Source of the DNA: Balanoglossus misakiensis
Taxonomy: Eukaryota; Animalia; Hemichordata
DNA: 64,000 nucleotides
Assembly: GCA_040954595.2 (NCBI GenBank)
Contig: CM082598.2
Coordinates: 4,479,097 to 4,543,096 of the forward strand
Direction of reading: 5' to 3'
Positions 47,822 to 60,672 of this stretch are shown here, in pieces. The notes beneath the pieces are model-generated. The model was not told the DNA's origin. It saw only the letters and a program-made list of their open reading frames with translations, and did no database searches. The position numbers and the translations under genes were made by a program. Each line of letters begins with the position of its first letter. The stretch's first letter is position 1.

Positions 47822-50800
47822 AGAGAAGGGGGGAGGGGGGCAGACTAACAGTCAAACAGAGAGGGAGGTGAAGACAATGAAACCAAAGTGAGAAAGAGGG
47901 AGTGAGGAGAGCAGGATGGGAGGTGAAGACAAAGAGGGGGAGGTGAAGTCAAAGAAGCCAAAGAGAGATGGGGGTGGGGGCATGTGCTATCACATAGTCT
48001 CATCGTTGACCTAATACAGACAAGTCTTTTATTTATCTTTGTATATGCCCTGCATCAAGAAACAAGCTTGTAATTGTACACATCAAATGAAAGCTTCAAG
48101 TTGATTAACCTAAAACTAGTCAAATTACTGACTTAGTTATTAGTTGGAGAGTACTTACATTGAAAACTGGTGATGTTGGATTGATATTATATTAAAACAA
48201 AAGAAACCTAAATGGAATGTATGGGGGCGCCATATACTGGTGGCACTTATAAAGTTACAAAATATGATAACAATATATTTTTTTATTTTCCATTCTTAGA
48301 TTCCTGTTGCAAAGTCTGGAAGACCTGGATCTGAGTCTCCGCAAGCTGAATTCCCGGTTATTTGTGATCCGTGGACAGCCCGCTGATGTCCTTCCCAGAT
48401 TGTTTGGGGTGAGTTCGAATTAAGTTAGATTTCACACTTCTCTTCGCAGATGGAATTTTTGCAATATCAAAAGAGGTGACTGTTTTGGGATGATTAATTT
48501 TCACATTCTGTTATCTCTATTGTACATATTGTCTTTTGGGAGTATTTATTATTATGTTTTTTTGGCTCTTGTGAAGTTAGTGAAAATTTTCATTTAAACT
48601 TTAATTCTATTATCTCTATTGTACATATTGTTCTTTTGGGAGTATTTATTATTATGTTTTTTTGGCTCTCGTGAAGTTAGTGAAAATTTTCATTTAAACT
48701 TTAACAATACTTCTTTGTCTGTGTAAAATCCTCAGTGGTTTTATTGTTACTTTCATTATCAATAGGAATGGGAGGTTAGCCATCTGTCGTATGAGGAAGA
48801 CTGTGAACCATTCGGAAGGGAACGTGATATGGCCATTAAGACTCTGGCCACTGAAGCTAGTGTCAATGTCATCATTCGACCATCGCATACTTTGTATGAT
48901 CCTCTACAGTAAGTTTCAATTGCTTTGGTAACTTTATTGATTTAAAACCCTCTCACCACCATGGTTCAGTCCAAAGCCATTGTTTTTTCTATGGTAAGGT
49001 TGGACCTCTAAAGAGAGAATGGGGGTGAAAGGGTTAAAAAGCTAGAAAAACTGTGCCTCCCTTACTATATCATAATTTTACAAAGAATGAGTTAATTTGA
49101 GGATTTCTAAAACATTCTGTGAGACAGGCCTATATATTTGCATGTAGTGTGGATGGTTTTCATGAGTCGCCAGTGAGTTAGTTGAGTCAGTGGCGTGTCG
49201 TATGGGGCTTAGAAGGCACACTGCAATTTTGAACTAAGAATTTCATTTCAAGAAAGATTAATTCTCATACATGTAGTGGCCACTTTGTTACAGTCCCTGT
49301 GCAATTAACATGTACAATATTTGACCTGTCTATAAAGGCCAGTTTAGGAAATTCCCTTGACTGGCCACTATAGACAGGTTGGACTGAATATAGAGGTGAC
49401 TGCTATATAGGGGTGGCCACTAAGAGGGGTTTGACTGTACATGTACTAATTATTTTGCCATTTGCGTGACAATTTCAGCATCATAAAAGCCAACGATGGA
49501 CAATTGGTGCTGACCTATCAGCGGTTCCAGAATGTCCTGCAGACTCTGCCTCTGCCAGACTACCCAGCTGAAATGATCACCTTCGACATGATCGAACATC
49601 TGGTCAGTCCCGTTGGGCATGACCACGACGACAAGTTCGGTGTTCCAACTCTGGAGGAACTTGGTAAGTATTTGCATTTTACAATAAAACACTTTCATAT
49701 CAAAAGTAGCTAAACTGTGAACTGTACTGTGTGAAATTTGGCTGAACCAAGAACTATCTTCCATCTTCTACATTTTCATATATTAAGTCGCTTCATTGAT
49801 CTCAGTATAGTGCTAGACACATACTGGAAAACCTGTCTAAACCGGACATTAAAGGGACTGAGAATAATATTCAGTTTACAGAGGTGTCTGGTTTATAGAG
49901 GTTCTTTTAACATATGGTTCTATGAAGCAGGGACTGGACAGGGTGTTCGGTGTAGATAAGTTTTCCGGATATACCGGTAGACAGGGGTTTGGTTTAGACA
50001 GGTTTATACTGTACATTTCTCATGTACATGTATGTCTGAAGTCTTTTTACACACTCTGAATTTCTTGAATGCATTTGAATTCATGATTTCGCCCATTGAC
50101 AATGATGTTACACGTATGTTATAATGATGAACCTTTTTGTGTTATTGTAGGATTTGATACTGATGATATACCACAAGTGACATGGGTTGGAGGAGAAACT
50201 GAAGCCAAGGCCAGATTGGAACGCCACTTGGAGAGAAAGGTAATTTTTGTAATGAGAAATTTTCTTATATCAACACAGGTGACTGTTTTGCAACAGTTCA
50301 TTTTCATGTTCTTTTATATCACTAACTGCATTGTCAAAATTCTATTTATCGACTATTTATTTCGAATATTCTGGCTCATACAAAATTGATCTTTCGCAAA
50401 AACGTCCTGTTTTACAGTAATTACGAAGTAAAAACCAAGCAATATCAGAACCAACTTGATGTAAATTGAATGAAAATATAAGAACTTAGACTCTATATGA
50501 TTTTTAGTAATATCCAGAGCTAATACCAGATTTAACAGGACTTATCTTATTCGAACATTTACAAACATTCTCCTCATATATGGTACGTCAAAATATTACA
50601 GTAGAGCTCTGTTAAACCTAGCTATCTGGAATCATAATTTTTTCTCTCTCCCATCTGACAATTTTTACAGAATGTTTACCGCCCATGTCGATTTGACATC
50701 TCATTAATTTCATTTTGCACACTTTTCAGGCTTGGGTTGCCAATTTCGAGAAACCTAAAATGACCCCCCAGTCTCTGGTGAACACCAACACTGGATTGAG

Positions 50801-53800
50801 TCCATATCTGCGATTCGGCTGCCTGTCTGCCCGTTTGTTTTATTGGAAACTGACTGAGCTGTACAGAAAGGTGAGTGTAAGCCATATATGACTGACACAA
50901 GCGTAATTAATTCCGAACTTGGCGCTGTGTGTCGTTACTAGTGAAAGGAACATAGGGGCTTGACTTCGCATCTGATGAAAAACCCCTAAGGTGCAACGCG
51001 CAGGAAATACTGTAAAACACTGTATTATTTGGCGAAAATTTATTGCTCGCAAAAAATAAAGTGTTTTACAGTAATAGTGCCTTCAGTGAGTGGCATTGCA
51101 TTATGGGACAAGACGGAAAATGTCTATTGTAAGGAATGATTCTTGATTGTTTCTTAGTTGTCTATACCAGTACACAATGTTCACAAGTAACCGAAATTTC
51201 TACTCTACTGCATCTGACAGATCATTGGCTCAAAATTTTCATGCCCGAGTCAGAAATGACACGAAAAGATACTTATAATAATCTCACAAATTGTAACTCT
51301 CTACTTTTTAGGTGAAGAAGAAGCAACAACCCCCGATGTCACTACACGGCCAGTTACTTTGGCGAGAATTCTTCTACACAGCTGCCACAAACAATCCAAA
51401 CTTTGACAAGATGATGGGCAACCCAATCTGTGTGCAGATCCCGTGGGATAAGAATAAACAGTATGTCTACAAATGGGCAGAGGTAAGAAAGATTCCAACA
51501 CCATTACATTTTTGTAGTTACAATGTACAGTCATTTGTCACCACCTGTGTTAAAAAAATTAAATCAATTTGTGCCAAACCAGAGACTCTGGTTACAAAAA
51601 TTGTATACAGTCCCTACCATAAGCCAGTGTGCTATCCTAACAACGGACAAGATGGCGGCGACCATAGTCTGGGTCGGAGATCGGGAAAAGTCAGAAATTG
51701 GGTGAAAAGAAGGGACAAAACTAAAGTCTACTGGTGCGGTGCGCATGAAACATAGAAGGAAACAAAAGCAATCCACTATTTGATTGTGTCGAATGCAAAA
51801 TTTGCAGAACGTTTGGATTCGACGTTATGTGTGTTTCACAAAATTATGTACATTTGCATAAGATGAATGCCATGTATATATCTCAATGCCGTACTTCAAT
51901 AGAGCTGCATCTGATGTGATATTCTACCGCTAACCTTTCAGGCCATAACCGGATTTCCGTGGATAGATGCCATCATGACTCAACTCAAACAGGAGGGATG
52001 GATCCACAATCTGCTACGTCACGCAACAGTCTGTTTTTTGACCCGAGGGAATCTCTGGATCAGTTGGGAGGAAGGCATGAAGGTCAGATCAAAATATCTT
52101 TTTCTAAAATTTTTTAAAAACATTGATTATTTATTAAGATGATGAATAAATTATATGTATTAATTAAGTGTATAATTTTTATAAATTTCCAAAAAAAATG
52201 TTTTAAAAAAGGTTTATAAGAATACCACTCCAATGCAAACACTGATCAAGGCTTGTGTTCAAATTCTTATGTTTATGTATGCTACGTATTATGAAGAGTA
52301 AGACATGTTGGTGTTTTTGTGGTTAGGTTTAGCCGAGCACCTTTCTTGCAACGATTGCTTTCACTCAAAGTGGTAAGTACTGCACAGTACAGGGATAGGG
52401 ATGTGTTCTTTTTAAAGCCCCATTAGCTGTATCTTTTTGTATCGAACACTGTTAGCAAACTACAACTTTGCGTACGACAGATAAATATTTTTCAACTTGC
52501 AATTCAAAATGGCCGCCGCCGGCAAGTAGGCTGTGGTCTCGTGGAAGAACGGTCACAAATTTTGTAAACATGCAAGAACATAAGTCAGTGTCACAAAATT
52601 GTGTACAAAAAACTATGTACCATCTACAAGTACACACTTCATTTCGATTGTGCTTTAACTCACATGATTGGTGTTTTAAAATGGCAGTACATTTCAAATG
52701 TGCCTGAATTTATTGACTCATAACCGTCGCGAACCTTTCAAAACAATCTCCGAATGGAATATATTAAATGCAAAAACTATACAGCTACAGGGGCTTTGAA
52801 TTTTATTTTTGTAGGATTGTGTAAGAATAACAACTGCAAAGAAACTATCAAAACAAGTGTTTATTCTCTGAAATAATTTATCACTGCTAATTACTCGTAT
52901 ACCCTGGTAAGACCCCCGTCCCTTTTGCAAATGAATTTCATGCAATTCATAATTATACTTGTGAAACCATATTTGAAATAAGATACAAAACACAAGCCTT
53001 GTTAAGTCAGTAAGAGTGGCAGAAATTCGGGAACATTCAATATCATCAACTCATTAATTTGTATTAACGTCAAGCTCAGAATTTGGATAAGTTAATTGTT
53101 TCTTTAAATATCTTGACCAAGGTAATTGTTGCTTTGATGTACAGTGTTCGCCCCAGAACAATCTGCTGATATCTTGTAAATTTGTGGAAAAAAACAATTG
53201 AAATTGTTATCATAAGAATAAGTTATATTGATATGCAAATTAAAAATAGTTATCATTACAATTGATTATTTTGTTATGCAAATTAGCTGATACTGGGGAG
53301 AACACTGACATTGTGAATGTATGCATGAATGGTATACATGTGTCTATGTATACTCCAAGTGCCAATTCGAGTGGTGCAGTATGTTGTATAGCGAAGCATA
53401 GTGTTGTTGCTCCTTGTCGCAGCTTGCGTTAAACAGCAATTGAGTCGGCGTACATGCTCTACGATATCTATCGAGGTTATAATAAGCAATTTGCATGGAC
53501 TACATCGTTTAGTGTTTGGAATGCTTTGTTACAGTATGTGTGCGTGACTTTACAGAACACCACTCATGATGTACATACTTCGCAGATATTTAAAAAGTCT
53601 GAAAATGTGATCAAAAGATTCTCATCACAAATTTTGATTTGCTTTTGACTACAGTATTCCCTTGCACATATCTACATACATTTTTAATACAACACATCAC
53701 TTTCAGAATATTGTGTACACTTAAAAACTACCGAACAATGATATTTATATTTGCATTTGGGCCAAAACAAAATGGCCGCCGGGTAGTCGTGTTTGGATTT

Positions 53801-56800
53801 GATGAAAACAAAATTTATCTTTGATATGTGCATCATACTACATTTCTCTTGCATCAAATTTGAATTAAATCAGTACAGGCATTTTATTAATGGTTCCGGC
53901 ATACATACACATACAGACATATACATGCACGCACGCACACACACACACACACACACATGCATACTACACAAACATACACTACACGCACACATACATACAT
54001 ATACATATGCACACATGCAAGGATAATCAAGACTGTGTCCCCAAAAACTAAAAAAAGCTGACAAGTACTGAATTTGTAATGCTGCACTGTAAAACTTCAA
54101 TACAAAAGAATTTGGGGTATTATATTGAATTTCTATTTATATTACTATTTATATATATTTTTTTCAGTGTAACTATCTTTGTGTCAACTTAAAACCCCAC
54201 AAATTCTTTCCCCCCAAATTGCATTGTATTGAAAATCATGAGTTGTGTAGTGTACATCACAGACAATCTGAATGTTTCATATTTTATCTCACTGAACTAC
54301 TCACACAAAATCAGTTTTTTTTCTTTTTCTTTGTCTGATTTGAGCTTATTCTCCAGGTTTTGAGCCGGTTTCTCTCTGGGTTTAGAAACTTCGTCAGATT
54401 TTGGGTTGTGTCATGTCCCTCGGGCAGTGTCAGTCTTCGTCAGTGATCACCTGATCCTTGTTGTCCACCAGGAGGGAGTATACTGTTATACGTTCCACTT
54501 GACAGCCTGTGATATCTGAAATACATTGCATACATTCAAGAAAAACAAGTAGCACGCGTTTCATGCACAATACAATGGCAAACGTGAGAAATGAAAATTC
54601 ACAATTTAAGTAATAGTCGATAGACAGAAGGAACTGAATTATCAAGATGGGCACTGAATTCGCGACAATAATATTAATATATTCGCACCAGACATGCCAA
54701 ATATGCCTATAATTATATACATTTCCAGATACATATCAGATTATTCTTCCAATAGCACAATTATGAATAATGTTTCTGTGCATGTAAGCATTTTCAGTAG
54801 ATTTATAATTTACTTGAAATTAGCAAGAAAAGCTAAAATGAAATAGATTTATGTAAATTCACTTTGTTTTTCATTTTCTGTTTATATCTATTCTTTTCTG
54901 GGCAATGTTTTGAATCATTTTGTTTTAAAAAGATAGCTGACGTGTTAGCGAACAATTATGAGTTTTCATATATACATAGCTTCATTTCTCGCCATGCCAT
55001 ACTATTGTCGTTTAATATTGTGCTACAGTTTCCATGTACTCTATTAAAAAGAGTACTGAATGTATGGGATGTATATAAACAATCTTCAGATACAGATCCG
55101 GAATTATTTTTCAAACTTAAAAGTTAAATGTTATTTCCAACAGGGTATTGTTGCTAGTTTTTGCTATTTAAAAATTCAAGGGAAATCTAACTTACTGATA
55201 ACAAGAAAGATGATTTTAGCCGTAATATTTGGTTTTTGTTAAGCATAACACTTTTGAGTTTTAAGACAGTTATTTCATTCGGTCTTAAAAGTATGTTGTT
55301 TTTGACCATGGATTCTCAGGACTTTCATTGCCGTAGCAAAAATCTGCAAAACTTTTAGATATATATCAAAAATTCTTTACAGTTGCATTTTTGCATGATA
55401 TAAAAAGATCAAATTATAAATCTGCAGTGTTTATAAGCAATTTATTTTTTAACGGTCGCAAAGATGTTTACTTTTTTTACTCAACCTTATTTATAATACA
55501 TTAAAATTGGTTATCTTTTTGGTTTCTCAAAATAGTGAATTGAGATTTGAATTGAGAACTTAAAAATTTTCAAAAAATTAGCCTAAATCAGAAATTGATA
55601 CTTAGGCAAGAGACCATTATGGTTACACATTTAAGACAGTTTCGGAAGAGTGGAAAAAAAATGCAAAAACATGCAAATAATACCCTGATGTGGAATTAAC
55701 ATTCCGATAGAGGTCATCCTGTCGTTTCTGTACTTTGTGGAGTTTTCAGCAGGGGCAGTGGACATGGTCTGCATGTAACATTCCACGTGAACTGCAATCC
55801 ATTATCTCTGACTGAAACAATTCGTGTTTACTGTCACCCCTCCATTTACTGTGCCGTGAAATGATCCTTTGGATGGAGTGAGACCCAGATCATTTCAGGA
55901 TACATGGGTGTAGGGTTGGAATGATTAAATATCATAAATAACCTGGCAGGCTGAATTTAAATGTATTTGCCACAAAGCCAATGAAAGACCATGTCTTTGG
56001 TTGCTATGGAAATTCCCTAGGAACACGTGCTTTTTAAGGGATTGTTGCTAGGTAATATCCAAGGAAGCTAAGTCTTGGTCTCTGATTGGTTGTGTGGTCA
56101 ATACTTCTAATGGACGTCTAGAGTAGATGTTTGAGCTTGGCGAGTTATTTTGATATTGAATAGATTCTTGTTTTTTTGGTTGGTGGGCCTTTGTATTAGT
56201 CATATGAGTATACAGCTGAAGATTACTTAGATCGTTCAGTTAATTAGCACCACAACTGTGCTCTGCTCAGTTGTGTCACTTTCTAGACAGATCATCAGGC
56301 ATCTCTGTCATGTTTGAAGGCGAGCCCCGGGCAACTTTGACAAAAAAAATGGACGCCGCCTTCCTCCGTCGCACAGCAGCTCCTAACGCTGTCTTTCTCT
56401 CTCTCTGTGTCTGACCGCCTGCCTGTAAAGTGGCAAAACATGGCATAGCAGATTTGTGTTGCTAATGAACTCTACGACCTGGGCAAATTTCAGTTGTATT
56501 GTGACTGACACAACTAATGTTAATGCCTTGAATTTTCAGCTTTACTGGCTCCTGTGTACCCATGATAAACGTGAGCTGATGTTGTATTGATACAATGTGT
56601 GCCTGTGTTGGTGTTTTTGTCTACGGACAGATGGTATTGATGAAAACTGCATGAGCTTCAGTGTCAGTAACTGCCATCATATAATAGAGTTATACCCATC
56701 CATATTCTAAACATCATAGATGAAATATCCCCAAAAGACCCAGAAAATCATGTGTTGCCAAAATCCTAAGCTTATTCGTGCCTAATATTACGTTTCTGCA

Positions 56801-59800
56801 AGTCTAAACCCCCAGGAATTACTATTTTGTACTCGCATAGCAAAACTGACAATCACATATCAGCTAATATCATACAATAGTGCAATATAATGTTATAGTT
56901 GACTAATATGTAACTTAAACAGCATACATGCATAGATGGAAAACAGTAGGAATCTTAATTACATTGTTAACATTTATTGTCTTTAATAATAAATATCTAA
57001 AAAGCTTTATGAGAATATTTAATGGAAAGGAATGTCAGAAATTTAAAATTGAATTATATTATAGCTGTCAAGACTAAACGTACTTTATTATGTTTATCAA
57101 TTTGTTTGATATTCTAGAAAAAATTGAAACTAACTTTGTATTGTAGCAATAACTATTCAGAGCAGTAACAGAGATTGAAAATCTTTTGCTCACCAGAAAG
57201 AGTTGTATTTCGTTCTTTTTTTATAAAGTATTCATGTTTCAAGGATATTTTTTAAATTCTGACTGACCCACGTGCACAGAAACAAAACAGATGTTAACTT
57301 CACCCCATACATAATATTAAAAATATACAAGTTTTTAGATCTCCAATATACAGATTTTGAACATGATAATATAATTTACAATAATTTAATAATAATGTCG
57401 GGTAACATTATTACCCCATATATAAAATAGACAAATTTTTAAATCTCCAATATACAGATTTTGAACATAATGAGAGAATTTACAATAATTTAGTAATAAT
57501 GTCAGGTGTAATGTTGTTTGATTGACCATGATAAGTTGAGCTCAAAATAGGATTAAAAGCTTTGCATGTTTGCATGTTAGCATACCGGTAGTGCTGTGCA
57601 TGAAATCGGTTCTGCATGACAGCATACCGAAGATGACAACATTTGAACATTAGTTCAGATTGTAATATATGACAGACGTGGCCATGCTTATACCACACAG
57701 GAGCCACTAAAGTGTATTAATTTTGATCAGCCAATGACCAAATAGCTTTCTGGATTCCTTGGCTATTCGGAGAAAATGGTACAGAAATTCAGAAATGCTA
57801 TTTTGTGATTGGTTCAGTGAAATGCATATGAAAATTCATTCAATTAACATTAACTTCCAGGTTGGGGGGTGATGTTGCCGGATGGAACAGTGTAAGTACG
57901 GGCCCCTTGGTATGTTGTTGTCGCCAGAAATGAAACTACAACCAGAGCCTTGCACCAGAATATGACGTGTTAGACTGGCGGACCGTTTAGCCGGAGTTGC
58001 ATCTTAGCGATGATGCTCAGTATAAAAAGTTATAGGCATCTGTCGCACTCACTCATGCCCACACACACACACACACGCACTTGCACACACACACACATAA
58101 TAATATAGTCATAACTACTAGAAACTAGGAAAAGATATATACTCACAATAGTTGAATAGGGTCTAATGTCCAAACCCCTCATGTAACGTCACATGATTTG
58201 CAGGTGATACAGTGCAAATATATAGAAATATAAAACTTTTAATTTAAGTCTTATTTTTCTGATCATGCATTAACTGTTGACCAAATCTAGGGATAACTAT
58301 ACTGGCATAAAAGTGCACAATTTCCAATATCAATTATTAGTTAAAAGTTTTGGAATTGAAATTGCTTATTATAAGAAATCGATTTTCCCAATAACCTCCA
58401 ACCATTTCTCTTTGCCTTGACTGCACTACTCTATGCATATAGAAATATAAACCACCAAAAAAAAACATTTCTTCTGCCATGACAACTAGACACAATCTGA
58501 ACAATCTCAAGTACTTTAAGGTTTTGGAGAACATAATTCAACTATAGGTTCATTTTTTAATACAGATTAAATTATTTGACATCCAAGATTTTAGCTAGCT
58601 GATATCCGTGACAATTATTGCAGGTCTTGATTTTCAAAAATTCTAGTCTGAACTGCTAATGCACTTCGATATAAACCACTAACAAATTAAATTGATTTCA
58701 CTTGCTCTGTTTGTTAAAACAATTTTTAGGCTCTTAGCGTAATTCTAATTCACACCGGTTTCCTTGCACGAGTTGGTTAGGGAGACCGCACCAGGTCCAC
58801 CTAGCCAAACCTTGCAGAACGGACGATGCCAGAACCTAGCTAGGATTTAACCATTCCCCCAACGGAGTAATTATTGAAACAAACACACACATGAGAGTAT
58901 CATACAAGATGCAAACGGGGCCATAATTGGCTATGCGGTCATTAGTCGAACATACTCATGTCTGATTCAAGGCTATCATTTTGCTCTGCTGATATGTGGT
59001 ACTGCCACATTTGATTTTGAGTAAAATTTCTTACACAAAAACTGAACTGGATAAGAAAATAATTATCCAGTTCATCCCTACTATCGAACTGATCTGCAGA
59101 AATGATCGAAAATAAAAAGTTCGTATTATTCAACTTTTTTTTCGTCTTTTATCTCTTTTTCCCAAATGATTGTTTAGGTATTTGAGGAATACCTTTTGGA
59201 TGCCGACTGGAGTGTAAATGCCGGAATGTGGATGTGGTTGTCCTGCAGCTCATTTTTCCAGCAGTTTTTCCATTGTTACTGCCCGGTTGGATTTGGGAAA
59301 CGCACAGACCCCAGTGGTGACTACATCAGGTAAATTGGAAGGTGTATGAGCATTGTCCCTGTTCTGTTTATTTTAGTTTTGTGGTGGGGACAGTTATGTG
59401 AATGATCAGTTATCTTATGGGGTTTGCTGATGGGTGTGTTGGATTGGTAAATGATGAAAAAAAAGTCTTTAAAATGTAATGTTCAGCTGGCACCAGCGTT
59501 AACATTTAGATACAGACTAAAGGGTTTATTTACCTTCCTTGACCATGGCAAGATGTCTAAATGCTGATGAATACCAGTTATTGTGAATAATTAATTATGT
59601 TTGATTACTTGCCACTTTGGCTAATATCTAATTTGAATACTGGCAGAATTTATTTGCATAATAGTAGTGTGATATTTAGTTGGATTGTGAATTAATCCAA
59701 TTGTACGTCTTCCATGAGATCTTCATCTAGGTTTTATGATTTTAACAATGTTTCTCTTTTTTCAGGCGATATCTTCCTATACTTAAGAACTTTCCAACCA

Positions 59801-60468
59801 AGTACATATATGAACCTTGGCTTGCTCCAAAGGAAGTGCAGGTAGCCTCAAAGTGTATTATTGGTGTAGACTACCCACTGCCAATGGTGGATCATGCTGA
59901 AACAGGTCGTATCAACATAGAGAGAATGAAACAGGTGTACCAGAAACTCAGCAAATATGGCGGACCAAGTAAGCCTCATTCATTTCTGTCATTGGAATTA
60001 AGTGTATGGATATCACGTGAAAACTTTTTGAAGATTGTTGTTACCAGTACATGTACATTGGAAAACATCCAATATGGTTGCCCGGCGGCCATTTTATTAT
60101 AATTGTGTCTTAAGTCCTTATTCAGGGAATCCCAGTTTGGCTATAAATTAACTCAGCCAAGCCGAATTTTGTTAACATTTATACTTTGCACAAGGACAGT
60201 GTACATATGGACACGTATATGTACATGCCCTGTGACCTGATCCAATATGGCAGCCATTTTGATACAAATTTTCTCTCTGTTAACATTAACATTAACAGGC
60301 TTGCTAGCAACAGTGCCAAGTTCAAAGGCTGCAACAGCCGGTCCTGAGTCGTCTCACATGTTCAGCAGCCCCGGCTCGCAGTCGGTTCAACGAAACGATC
60401 CCGGCCCGAGTACAAGCAACCACAGTGCTGCCAGAGTAAAAACTACACATGCCTACATGCCGACGTGA
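43569..60468 (+). CDS. CRY: Cryptochrome, vertebrate-like repressor type (CRY1/CRY2 family)
   Basis: Exons: 43569-43759, 48300-48408, 48766-48908, 49479-49663, 50151-50239, 50730-50870, 51312-51482, 51942-52082, 59178-59329, 59766-59968, 60299-60468. Motifs: [104 protein letters not shown]. Confidence 0.97.
47786..47840. repeat. (GA)n followed by G-rich tract
   Basis: Direct reading of the sequence. Confidence 0.9.
48505..48704. repeat. ~100-bp tandem duplication in cry intron 2
   Basis: TTATCTCTATTGTACATATTG...GTGAAGTTAGTGAAAATTTTCATTTAAACTTTAA occurs twice. Confidence 0.88.
51573..51815 (+). repeat. Interspersed repeat, copy of 4199-4449
   Basis: Reverse-complement match to 4199-4449; it produces similar spurious short ORFs. 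Confidence 0.75.
53900..54015. repeat. (CA)n/CATA-rich simple repeat
   Basis: Direct reading of the sequence. Confidence 0.85.
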
Positions 60469-60532
60469 GAGTGTGCGTGCAGCTAGTAGGTAAGATCTTG
60501 ACGTGCGTTTCTGCAAATAGAATAATTTACCT

Positions 60533-60672
60533 TTTTCCATTAATTATGTTTGATACAAGACACTGTTTATGTTATTCTACATGTGGATATATAGTTAATC
60601 AATGTTCGACCACACACAACTTCCATCCCTTTTGTAAGATATGAGAGTAAAAATCTTGCCAAAATGAATAAA
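60533..60672. mobile_element. MITE family A, partial copy
   Basis: TTTTCCATTAATTATGTTTGATACAAGACAC...GCCAAAATGAATAAA. Confidence 0.72.

Noticed and set aside
43569-60468. (6-4) photolyase or Drosophila-type CRY1 as alternative identity
   Set aside because: [14 protein letters not shown], the [13 protein letters not shown] coiled-coil and LLATVPS are diagnostic of vertebrate-like repressor CRY.
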